DNA of 64,000 nucleotides from Minisyncoccota bacterium (lineage in GTDB: Bacteria; Patescibacteriota; Minisyncoccia; Phycocordibacterales; CSBR16-193). Of this stretch, positions 1-8,606 are shown in pieces. The notes below the pieces were generated by a model that saw nothing but the letters and a program-made list of their open reading frames with translations, made no database searches and had not been told where the DNA came from. The stretch's first letter is position 1; each line of letters starts with the position of its first letter. Made by a program: the position numbers and the translations under genes. The stretch covers positions 459,142 to 523,141 of the forward strand of contig JBBDRA010000003.1 in assembly GCA_040905715.1 (NCBI GenBank), read 5' to 3'.

Positions 1-348
1 CAAGGCTTTATCGCTAGGATCACGAGGAACAAGTCGGCAGATTATCCTTAATCGCGTTGTATCTTGGTTTGTCAGGCACTCTATTCCCAGAGGATAGTCC
101 TCCTCAGGTTCTGGTGTTCGAAGACCGCTTCCACCAATTGATCGATAGTACCGATCAACGTTATGCACCGCACTTTTGAGCTTGAAAACAACAAATGATT
201 GCCCAGACTCAAGAGCTTGGATCAGACCACCCTCCCACGCAGAAACAGGCTCGTATTGAGTGATCTCCATGTAGAAGCTTACATATCTTCTCTGACGGAT
301 CTTTATTTGCAGCAAACGTCTCCATTGCGTTTTAATGAACGTAAGCAT
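1..348 (-). CDS. hypothetical protein, runs off the window start (MLTFIKTQWRRLLQ...)
   Basis: Read manually: ATG at 348 preceded by AAGGAG, open for 116 codons to the window edge; absent from the ORF track because it has no stop. Confidence 0.6.
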   Translation of the reverse strand, partial: MLTFIKTQWRRLLQIKIRQRRYVSFYMEITQYEPVSAWEGGLIQALESGQSFVVFKLKSAVHNVDRYYRSIGGSGLRTPEPEEDYPLGIECLTNQDTTRLRIICRLVPRDPSDKAL

Positions 349-629
349 CTACAGCTCCTTCTGTTTTGTCAGGTTGGGAAACTCTTCATAAATACTGACA
401 TTTAAATTTAAAATGTCAATATTTGTTCTTGAATTCTAACCTGAATCGCAACGAAGACTTTTGAACGCCTCAACGCGTTGAGGCGTTCAGCATAATACAT
501 TACTGCTATCGCGATGAGGCTAACCTAACTCCCGAGGTTAAACCTCGGGAGGATAGAAATTTGCTCACTCCCCACGGAGGCAAGAACAACAAAACGGCTA
601 CGCGCAAGGCGTAGCCGTTTTGATCGTTT

Positions 630-648
630 GCTCCGGGGGTGGGGATCG
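630..648 (-). repeat. 19-bp direct duplicate of the tRNA-Asn 3' end (att-like)
   Basis: GCTCCGGGGGTGGGGATCG occurs at 630-648 and 830-848. Confidence 0.85.
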
Positions 649-868
649 GGGTCAAGTCACTAAGCTCACTCATCCCTTCGGTCTTCATTCACTAAGTGCT
701 TCCTCCCCGGACTCGGCGACAAGCACTCCCTTCGGTCGTCTTGTAATACCGCCTCCGTCTTTCGATCCCCACCGCCGAAGAGAACCAGAAAGACCCTACC
801 GCTGTCGCGATAGGGTCTAACTGGTTCTAGCTCCGGGGGTGGGGATCGAACCCACGACCACTCGATTA

Positions 869-1432
869 CACTTATCCAACTGTTTCCAGAAGGGGTGGAC
901 TATATCATCTCCCGTTGTTTTATAACACGAGGGAGCGAGGCGCTTCCCATTCGCTGTTAGGCGAACGGTACTCCGTAAAGGATAGTCTCTGAACCTTTCC
1001 GCCGACTGGCGGACTTGGCTGCGGATTTCCATATTCTTTCGAACGTAGGATTCCCGACAATTCACCTCGTTATCATTCCTGAGTTTCCTCAGGAAGCTGC
1101 GAGACACCGTCGTGAACCTCCATATGGCAATTGGCACAAAGTAACACACACTTTTCGATTTCAGCTTTTATCTTTTCCCATGACCTTGTAAGACCACGAG
1201 CAGACATGCCGAACTCTTTCTTTGATTCATCCTTATGATGAAAACTAAGTGCGCGCGGAGATTTGTGGTAACCACACAAGGCACACTTACCGCCCATATG
1301 GTCGCGAGCCATCTGACGAAGTTTTTTTCTTCGTTTCTTCACAGCTTCACGCATATATACGGCGCGGTCGGCGTATGTTCGTTTTTCTGGCATACATAGT
1401 TGAGTATACCATCTTCAACAAACAAGTAGTTC
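869..1432 (-). mobile_element. group I intron (564 nt) in the tRNA-Asn anticodon
   Basis: 5' exon ends in U and the intron ends in G. R-like CAGAGACTA near 983-991 and S-like GATGATATAGTCC near 897-909 on the minus strand. Confidence 0.9.
1073..1393 (-). CDS. intron-encoded HNH endonuclease
   Basis: CxxC...FHH...LLCANCHMEVH zinc-binding HNH pattern, located inside the intron. Confidence 0.85.
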   Translation of the reverse strand: MPEKRTYADRAVYMREAVKKRRKKLRQMARDHMGGKCALCGYHKSPRALSFHHKDESKKEFGMSARGLTRSWEKIKAEIEKCVLLCANCHMEVHDGVSQLPEETQE

Positions 1433-1989
1433 ACAGTCGAGCGCTCTGCCGCTGAGCTACCCCGGATTATGAGGAGCGGAACGGGATAATTTTTCTACAG
1501 CACCCGCTTTTTGAGAAATTTCATTTCTCAGATTCCGTGGGGCGAAATATACTGAAAAGCTTGTTTTTCTGTATATTGAGCCTCAACGGAACGAGGACTC
1601 AGTCCTCGGAAAGCGGGTGCTGACAAAAGAATTATCACATTGCGTCCGAACTGCACGCCGTGGCAAGGTTTCCTTCCCCCGGATATTCTGTATGTGTAAG
1701 TACATCTACGCCGTCAGCGCAAGCTCTGCTTGCCAGTACGCTTTTGCATAACTCTCGCACATCTTCGGGGCAAGGTCTGCTTACCCCGAAATGATTTCTG
1801 TAAAATACAAACGCTCACTGAGCGTCTTAACATTGTACTTAAAAAGAACAACTTCGCAAATTATACATGACCATATTTTCATTGCTATTGTATTTAAAGT
1901 AACGTACACTGTATGAAATCGACTCTGCAACAGATACTCTGTTTCAGCTCACCGGTTTACATTATCCACGTTTCTCAAACAACACAAGA

Positions 1990-2193
1990 ATGGCACAAGG
2001 AACAATCAAAAAGCTAATGTCAGATCGAAACTTCGGTTTCATCGACATTGAAGGACAGGACAAAGACCTCTTCTTCCACGCAGACCAGCTGCAGGGCGTA
2101 ACATACGACGAGCTTAACGAGGGCGACACCGTAGAGTTTGAAGTAGCTGAGACCGAAAAAGGTCCAAGCGCAAGCAACGTTACTCGAGTTTAA
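1990..2193 (+). CDS. csp: cold-shock protein
   Basis: NFGFI and LFFH RNP motifs, KGPSASNV; 67 aa. Confidence 0.95.
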   Translation: MAQGTIKKLMSDRNFGFIDIEGQDKDLFFHADQLQGVTYDELNEGDTVEFEVAETEKGPSASNVTRV

Positions 2194-2210
2194 GTACAAC
2201 TCAAGCAAAT

Positions 2211-2242
2211 CAAAAACACCCGCCAGGAGGCGGGTGTTTTTG
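2211..2242. terminator. bidirectional intrinsic terminator
   Basis: CAAAAACACCCGCC-AGGA-GGCGGGTGTTTTTG between convergent genes. Confidence 0.8.
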
Positions 2243-2300
2243 TATTCTCGTACTCGTACGTAATTGGATGGCTAGTTAGAATGACTAGCATCTGAAAAAA

Positions 2301-3308
2301 CTAATTCTCCTCTCCCTCATCTCGAACAGTTCGTTCCACTCCTTCCTCTTCTACCGAGATCATAGCGTCATGATCTGCACGAATAGTAGCTGCGAGCGTG
2401 GAGCCAAAACTCTGATCACCCTTACGGGAAAGAAACCCGTACCACGGGTAGTCCACTGAAACATCGCCGTCAGCCTCAGCTCGAGCAACTGCCGTTACAC
2501 TCTTAGGAATGAATCCGAACAGATACACCCGTGAATTGTATGTAACCTCGGTCGCCTCAGCGTCAGTTGCAATGTCCTCCACTTCCTCGTTTTCTATCGC
2601 GGCTGAAGCAACCTTGATGCCGAAGTCATTTGCTGAATTCACCTCATTTGCAGCCGCTAGCCGTGCCCGCACTGCTTCTTTCTGCTCAGGATTCCACCCT
2701 CTGACTTCAGCCCCAGAAACACGCAGGCTTATATTGCTCCTTGTTAGCGATTCAACGGAATCCTCATCATCACAATCGTCGCTCCCGCATACTTGTCGAA
2801 TTGACACTCCTTGATACAGAAGCGGACTCGACTGATCTATCATAAGAACATCCATTAGCTTCGGGCTTGCCGCATCAATTTCCTTTGTTGCCCTAAGACT
2901 TGGTGTTGCTTTATCAAGCTCCTTGGTCACGCCCGTACGAGTTGGAACACCGTCACCATCATCGTCTTCATCGTGTGGATCAACAACTCCTTCGGTTTCA
3001 TTAGATCGCGATGAGTTATGATTTTGTGCCCGACCGTCTGAATCACTTTCTGTCCTGACATCAGCGTGACCGTCAGCATCTGTGTCTGAATCGTTCATCT
3101 CTCGCTCTTCCTCTGAGTCATCCGAAACACCGTCGTCGTCACTATCCTCATCCTGAGCAGAAACAGTGGCTGACCCCTCAGCTTGGATCCGTACCGGTGA
3201 TTCTTCGTCTGTGTCATGATCGTCTCCATCGTGCCCTTGCACCACAAGAGCGCCTCCGGAGAGCGCCATGAGCATACACATCGCAACGAGTACTGAAAAA
3301 TTCTTCAT
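2301..3308 (-). CDS. secreted acidic hypothetical protein
   Basis: Signal-peptide-like N-terminus, D/E-rich low-complexity region, C-terminal LFGFIP...YPWYGFL. Confidence 0.75.
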   Translation of the reverse strand: MKNFSVLVAMCMLMALSGGALVVQGHDGDDHDTDEESPVRIQAEGSATVSAQDEDSDDDGVSDDSEEEREMNDSDTDADGHADVRTESDSDGRAQNHNSSRSNETEGVVDPHDEDDDGDGVPTRTGVTKELDKATPSLRATKEIDAASPKLMDVLMIDQSSPLLYQGVSIRQVCGSDDCDDEDSVESLTRSNISLRVSGAEVRGWNPEQKEAVRARLAAANEVNSANDFGIKVASAAIENEEVEDIATDAEATEVTYNSRVYLFGFIPKSVTAVARAEADGDVSVDYPWYGFLSRKGDQSFGSTLAATIRADHDAMISVEEEGVERTVRDEGEEN

Positions 3309-3430
3309 ATTACGCTTATATTATACTTATATTACATCCGGTTAATTACTGTTATTTATCCTTTTACGTATCACTGCCACTAGCAAGTAGTCTACCACAC
3401 AAGTCTATTAATCTACCTCAGGTAGGTCCT

Positions 3431-3658
3431 TTAGTGATAGTCCTGCCGACTATCAAAAACAGTTTGTGCTTTTTGCATCCCCTCTTCCGGTGTTATGTCG
3501 CCTTTACGCACCGCCTCTGTTATAGAAGCCATCTGCGCCGGCTCACCGTCCAAACTCCCCGTACTCATTTCTTGTAAAAGACGCTGGTTGATCCGTTCGA
3601 TGGCTTCCTCAGGGCTTATCTCGGGTTGTGGTTCAGGTGTTTTTTCATTCATATACAA
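3431..3658 (-). CDS. small hypothetical protein
   Basis: 75-aa ORF filling the gap, divergent from the probable peptidase start. Confidence 0.55.
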   Translation of the reverse strand: MYMNEKTPEPQPEISPEEAIERINQRLLQEMSTGSLDGEPAQMASITEAVRKGDITPEEGMQKAQTVFDSRQDYH

Positions 3659-3704
3659 ACTATATCACTTTATGTCTACCACGGTATCATGCTACAATCC
3701 ACAT

Positions 3705-4577
3705 ATGACATTTTCACATCCGGCGGTCTATATTCCCACAACCCTTACCGTACTGCTTGCTGCAGGGCTCGGATATACCTATTACGACTTCTCAATGAAG
3801 CTTGAGGCGACGCAAAGCGAGCTTGCTTCGAGTACCGAACGTGTTGCCGCGCTTGAAGATGAGCTTGCGAGCTCAGAGAAGATCAGTACAGAGCTTGCTG
3901 AGCGACTACGCGAGGAGGAGGCGATCGTTGATGAATTCAGCGACACGATCCGAGAACTTTCCGGTGATATTGGTCACCTAACCCGACTTGAAGAAGTTGA
4001 CGAGGAACTTTTGCAAAAATACTCTAAAGTATATTTCTTAAATGAACACTATCACCCGGGACAGCTCGAGAAGATCGACCAGGAATACGTTCAAAAAAGC
4101 GAAGAAGAATATGTCCACAAAAAGGTCTGGCCTTTCTTGGAGGAAATGCTTGAAGACGCAGAAGATGATGACGTAGAACTACGTATCATTTCCGCCTTCC
4201 GTTCGTTTGACGAACAAACCTCGCTCAAATCACACTACGATGTCGTCTACGGTGCCGGAACGGCAAACCAATTTTCAGCCTCGCAAGGATACTCAGAACA
4301 CCAGCTCGGAACAACTATTGACTTCACAACCCCTCAGCTTGGCACAAACTTCAATAGCTTTGACCAAACCGAGGCATACGAGTGGCTAGAAAACAACGCA
4401 CATAAATACGGCTTTGTTCTCTCCTACCCCGAAGACAACGCCTACTACCAATTCGAACCATGGCACTGGCGTTTTGTTGGCGAAGAACTTGCTGAAGATA
4501 TTCACGACGACAACACAAGCTTCTACGACATGGACCAGCGCGAGATCAACAAATACCGCGCAGACATGTTTGACTAA
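3705..4577 (+). CDS. D-Ala-D-Ala carboxypeptidase, M15B/VanY family, membrane-anchored with coiled coil
   Basis: SAFRS, SEHQLGTTID and FEPWHWRFVG motifs; N-terminal TM helix; start moved to ATG 3705. Confidence 0.9.
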   Translation: MTFSHPAVYIPTTLTVLLAAGLGYTYYDFSMKLEATQSELASSTERVAALEDELASSEKISTELAERLREEEAIVDEFSDTIRELSGDIGHLTRLEEVDEELLQKYSKVYFLNEHYHPGQLEKIDQEYVQKSEEEYVHKKVWPFLEEMLEDAEDDDVELRIISAFRSFDEQTSLKSHYDVVYGAGTANQFSASQGYSEHQLGTTIDFTTPQLGTNFNSFDQTEAYEWLENNAHKYGFVLSYPEDNAYYQFEPWHWRFVGEELAEDIHDDNTSFYDMDQREINKYRADMFD

Positions 4578-4603
4578 CCTGTCGTCTACCCTTCATATTC
4601 AGA

Positions 4604-4951
4604 ATGGAAAAATACATTCTCTTCGTTTGGCATGCTGCTTGGGATCCGATCGAGCGTCTGTATCGAGCAAACGCAATCGGCTCGGCATTTATAATAGCCG
4701 TAGGTAGTATTATTGGCTTTCTTTTCCTGCCAATTACGATCGGAATTTTTCTTCTTTGGCTTACGCTCCGTTATGTTTCAAACAAAACACTGCGCTACAC
4801 ACTCTCCGGTCTGATCGTCCTTATTACCGCTTTTGTAGGAACAACCTGGATCTATGTCATGATAACGGAGCCGTCACTTGATGCGCACAAAACAGGACTA
4901 GAGGAACGAACCGGAAGGACACAGCAAAAAAAGAATAGTGACCAACACTAA
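4604..4951 (+). CDS. hypothetical membrane protein
   Basis: Hydrophobic helices; co-oriented 26 nt after the peptidase. Confidence 0.6.
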   Translation: MEKYILFVWHAAWDPIERLYRANAIGSAFIIAVGSIIGFLFLPITIGIFLLWLTLRYVSNKTLRYTLSGLIVLITAFVGTTWIYVMITEPSLDAHKTGLEERTGRTQQKKNSDQH

Positions 4952-4981
4952 AAAGATAGTGGATCTTTCATTCATTTTGCA

Positions 4982-5009
4982 TTGACTTTTCAAGTATGTG
5001 GTATATACT
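4982..5009 (+). promoter_or_regulatory. sigma70-like promoter of the second csp
   Basis: TTGACT-16 nt-TATACT. Confidence 0.55.
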
Positions 5010-5085
5010 ATTGGGACCAAAACGCACTCTCTTGAGGTTGAGGAGAAGCTGACGTTTGGTGTATTATTTTTAGGTCAATACCACG

Positions 5086-5292
5086 ATGCAAACAGGAACA
5101 ATTGCGAAGGTAACTGACCGTGGCTACGGCTTCATCAAAACTGATGATCAGGAAGAAGACATTTTCTTCCACGCCAGCGAGCTCACGGAAGGTGACTTCA
5201 ACAGCCTTCAAGAAGGCGACAAAGTTACGTTTGAAGTTGGCGAGAATGACAAAGGTCCATTCGCCCAGAACGTTACTCCAGCAGCTGAGTAA
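5086..5292 (+). CDS. csp: cold-shock protein (second paralog)
   Basis: GYGFI, IFFH and KGPFAQNV motifs. Confidence 0.95.
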   Translation: MQTGTIAKVTDRGYGFIKTDDQEEDIFFHASELTEGDFNSLQEGDKVTFEVGENDKGPFAQNVTPAAE

Positions 5293-5308
5293 TCTTGCTC
5301 ACTGATGA

Positions 5309-5340
5309 ATAAAACCCCCACTTTCGAGTGGGGGTTTTAT
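5309..5340 (+). terminator. intrinsic terminator
   Basis: AAAACCCCCACT-TTCG-AGTGGGGGTTTT. Confidence 0.8.
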
Positions 5341-5477
5341 TTTGCCTTACTATTTATTTTATTACCTGTTACCTGACACGACTGTCAATGTATTTTGTCA
5401 AAAATACATATGAGTATATGATACAGACAGTTGTTGTTTTCAGTTTGCACTTTCAACCAACCACAAGGAGGGGGTTC

Positions 5478-6161
5478 GTGACCGTACGCAACATACCTCG
5501 GGAACACTGCAACGAGTTTGATCCACTCGTTCCGATAGACCTCACGGCGATATCATTCAATCTCACAAAGGAGTACAACGAGATCATCTTCGTTCCAAGC
5601 GTCGGACGACTCGCCTTCGTAAACCAGTGGCCCGCCGGGTTGCAAGAGGATCTGGCCGCTGATTCTTTCTTGTTCGATGAGCAAGCAGTTCCTGTCTGCA
5701 ATAAACTCGGCATTAGCCGAGGCAGAACATTGCTTCTGCGAACAGGAGCGGATCAGAAGACGACCGTGGAATGTAACGCTATGGACGCACTCACAGAAAC
5801 TCCGTACAGGATATACTGCGGAGTGAACAGTGAAATGCTGAGCAGTCCTGAGTCATGCAGAGACATCAGCCCGATGAGCATGCTCGTCGTCTTCGATCAG
5901 CGACTAACACCCAGGGCACAGAGCTCACTCCTAGAGCATCTGAGCTGGGGGCTGTTTACTCAAAAGTCGCTCGGGGCACTCATCTCACATGGAAACGCTG
6001 CCCCTCTCTCGATCGCAGTATGCTCCCCGTCAGCTCATCTCAAAGAGGTGCGCGAGGCCGATGGAGAAACGTCGGTTGAAGTAGCGGTGAAGCAAACCCT
6101 CTGCACTGCTGTCCAGCAGGCACTTGAACGTAGCTCGTCGGCTTCGACCTCGCTTGCATAA
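5478..6161 (+). CDS. hypothetical protein, possibly remote CbiZ-like fold
   Basis: GTG at 5478 after AAGGAGG; followed by a hairpin at about 6192-6240. Confidence 0.65.
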   Translation: MTVRNIPREHCNEFDPLVPIDLTAISFNLTKEYNEIIFVPSVGRLAFVNQWPAGLQEDLAADSFLFDEQAVPVCNKLGISRGRTLLLRTGADQKTTVECNAMDALTETPYRIYCGVNSEMLSSPESCRDISPMSMLVVFDQRLTPRAQSSLLEHLSWGLFTQKSLGALISHGNAAPLSIAVCSPSAHLKEVREADGETSVEVAVKQTLCTAVQQALERSSSASTSLA

Positions 6162-6238
6162 ACACCGTCACGCTCGACACCTTCAAAGCACAAACGCCAT
6201 ACCGCCTTGCTATCACGCAAGATCGGTATGGCGTTTTT

Positions 6239-7114
6239 TTACAGCTTAAGAGACTTGAGATATTTTTTAAATTCTTTCTTTGTCTCACCGTGGTAAAGAC
6301 CAAGATGGACCGTTGCCTTAAGAAAGCCAAGTTTGGAACCACAGTCAAACCGATATCCCTCGAACATATCTCCATACAGAGGGTTTTTATCGTTTACATA
6401 GGCATGTAAGGCATCTGCTAAACGGATCTCCCCTTCTAGCTGCGTTTTCTCAAGCTTACGCAAATACTGCCAGATCTCAGGCGTGATAATGTATTTGCCA
6501 ACGACGCCAAGCCTCGAAGGCGCTTCTGCGGGAGTTGGTTTCTCAACCAGATCACTTATCTTATACAGACGATCTTCTACCTTTTTCGCTTTCACAATAC
6601 CGTACTGCGAGACGAGCGATTTAGGAACCTGCTCAAGACCGATAATAGGCGCCTGTAGCTTTTCGAATGCATCTCGCATCTGAGTCAAACAATGATCTTT
6701 GCCGATAATAACATCGTCACCGAACAACACAGCCACCGGCTCATCACCTATGAGATGCGCAGCTGCCAAAAGCGCGTGACCGTCGCCCCGCGCTTCTTTT
6801 TGGCGTACATACGTGAAGTTGGCCATCGAAGAGATGCGCCTGGTCTCATCAAGCATCTGCTTTTTTCCTTTTTGCTCAAGTATCCGCTCGAGCTCAGGAG
6901 CGGAATCAAAATGATCTTCGATAGCTCGTTTCCCTTTACCGGTAACGAATATCACCTCCTCAATACCCGCGGCAACAGCTTCCTCAACCAAAAACTGAAT
7001 AACCGGCTTATCAACAAGCGGCAGCATTTCTTTTGGCTGAGCCTTTGTAGCCGGCAAAAATCGAGTTCCGAGACCGGCTACCGGCAAGATCGCCTTTCGT
7101 ATACGTGTCTTCAT
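6239..7114 (-). CDS. galU: UTP-glucose-1-phosphate uridylyltransferase
   Basis: KAILPVAGLGTRFLPATKAQPKEMLP and VEKP motifs. Confidence 0.95.
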   Translation of the reverse strand: MKTRIRKAILPVAGLGTRFLPATKAQPKEMLPLVDKPVIQFLVEEAVAAGIEEVIFVTGKGKRAIEDHFDSAPELERILEQKGKKQMLDETRRISSMANFTYVRQKEARGDGHALLAAAHLIGDEPVAVLFGDDVIIGKDHCLTQMRDAFEKLQAPIIGLEQVPKSLVSQYGIVKAKKVEDRLYKISDLVEKPTPAEAPSRLGVVGKYIITPEIWQYLRKLEKTQLEGEIRLADALHAYVNDKNPLYGDMFEGYRFDCGSKLGFLKATVHLGLYHGETKKEFKKYLKSLKL

Positions 7115-7221
7115 AGTAAGCTGTTTTAAAAACGTTTAGTAATGCATCCGTTTCTTTACCTTTTTTTGTTTTTCTAGAGAGCAGGCGTACAATAACGATT
7201 ATACACGTAACTTTTACCCTT

Positions 7222-8568
7222 ATGAACTTTAGCGACATTATAAAGTCCTACGACGTCCGAGGTGTTTATCCTGATCAGATCAATGAAGAGCATGTCCGTA
7301 TTTTAGGCGGCGCCTTTGTGAAGTATCTCGGCGCAAAGACCGTTGCCGTTGGACGTGATTGCCGCACCTCTAGTCCGGCTTTTCACACTGCGCTTATTGC
7401 CGGTATCACTGAGCAAGGCGCTAACGTGATCGACATTGGAGAGGCTACTACACCAATGGTGTACCACGCTGCCGGCACGCTTGATGTTGATGGCGCAATA
7501 ATGATCACCGCCTCTCACAATCCTCCGGAGTACAACGGCATGAAGTTCGTACGCTCCGGAGCAATACCGATCGGCAAGGAATCGGGACTAGCGGAGATCA
7601 GTGAGATCGCCGAACAAAGTCCTTTCACTCCTGCAGAGCACCCAGGAGATGTTCACCCGATCGACATCAAAACCTCCTACAGCGACTTCATTACAAAGTA
7701 CGCGGACATTGATGGTAGCGTGCTTACCGCTGTTGTGGATCCCGGGAACATGATGGGGGTGTTGGATATTGAAATCCTCAAGAAACTCTCCCCTGCCCTA
7801 AGTGTGTCGGCTATTTTCGATAAGCTTGACGGCACTATGCCAAATCACGAAGCCAACCCGCTCAACAAGGAAACCCTGACAGACTTGCAAACAGAGGTAA
7901 CCAAACAGGAGGCTGATATAGGTATTGCGTATGACGGAGACGCTGACCGGATCGGCTTTGTAGACGAACAAGGCCGCGTGATCCAACCTCATCTGATCAC
8001 CGCCCTGCTTGCCCGACATATTCTTTCTAAGAACCCCGCAGCAGCTATAGCGTACGATGTTCCCTCATCCCGTTCAGTGAACGAAGAGATCACGAAGCAT
8101 GGCGGCACCCCGCTCCTTACCAAGGTTGGAACTGCCAACATAAAGTCAGAAATGCGTGAGCAAGAAGCGATCTTTGGAGGTGAATTTTCCGGTCACTACT
8201 ACTTTAAGGACCACTTCTACTCTGAGGCACCAACCCTCGTGGCAATTCTCGTGTTGAACATGATGGTTAGAGAAAACAAGCCGCTCTCAGAACTCATTGA
8301 CGCGGTTCAACACTACCACCACAGTGGCGAGATGAATTACGAGCTTGCGCCGAACACGAACAAGAACGCCATGCTCACCCAATTTAAAGACACATATAGT
8401 GACGGAGAGCTTACCGAACTCGATGGAATCCGCGTCGACTTTCCCGACTGGTGGTTCCTTGTACGCCCATCAAACACAGAGCCACTCATGCGAATGGTAG
8501 TGGAAGCAGCAACGCCTAAACTACTCGAAGAAAAGAAATTGGAGCTATCAAAAATCATTGACAAATAG
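7222..8568 (+). CDS. manB: phosphomannomutase/phosphoglucomutase
   Basis: TASHNP, DGDADR, GEFSGH and RPSNTEP motifs. Confidence 0.92.
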   Translation: MNFSDIIKSYDVRGVYPDQINEEHVRILGGAFVKYLGAKTVAVGRDCRTSSPAFHTALIAGITEQGANVIDIGEATTPMVYHAAGTLDVDGAIMITASHNPPEYNGMKFVRSGAIPIGKESGLAEISEIAEQSPFTPAEHPGDVHPIDIKTSYSDFITKYADIDGSVLTAVVDPGNMMGVLDIEILKKLSPALSVSAIFDKLDGTMPNHEANPLNKETLTDLQTEVTKQEADIGIAYDGDADRIGFVDEQGRVIQPHLITALLARHILSKNPAAAIAYDVPSSRSVNEEITKHGGTPLLTKVGTANIKSEMREQEAIFGGEFSGHYYFKDHFYSEAPTLVAILVLNMMVRENKPLSELIDAVQHYHHSGEMNYELAPNTNKNAMLTQFKDTYSDGELTELDGIRVDFPDWWFLVRPSNTEPLMRMVVEAATPKLLEEKKLELSKIIDK

Positions 8569-8606
8569 TATTAAAACGTTATCTTATACATAGAAAGGAG
8601 GTTGTC

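Larger units (their letters stand above)
831..1466 (-). tRNA. tRNA-Asn(GTT), split: exon 1 = 1466-1433, exon 2 = 868-831
   Basis: Joined exons give TCCGGGGTAGCTCAGCGGCAGAGCGCTCGACTGT|TAATCGAGTGGTCGTGGGTTCGATCCCCACCCCCGGAG. Acceptor stem TCCGGGG/CCCCGGA, anticodon stem CTCGA/TCGAG with loop CT-GTT-AA, T-loop TTCGATC; CCA not encoded. Confidence 0.95.

Noticed and set aside
630-848. Prophage or integrative island bounded by tRNA att sites
   Set aside because: The repeats are only 200 bp apart, with no integrase or cargo between them.
506-1149. ORFs 506-688, 620-820 and 817-1149
   Set aside because: They overlap the tRNA exon, intron core and hairpins, and show no protein motifs.
1655-1790. 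Possible CRISPR array
   Set aside because: Only three highly degenerate units, and no cas genes in the window.
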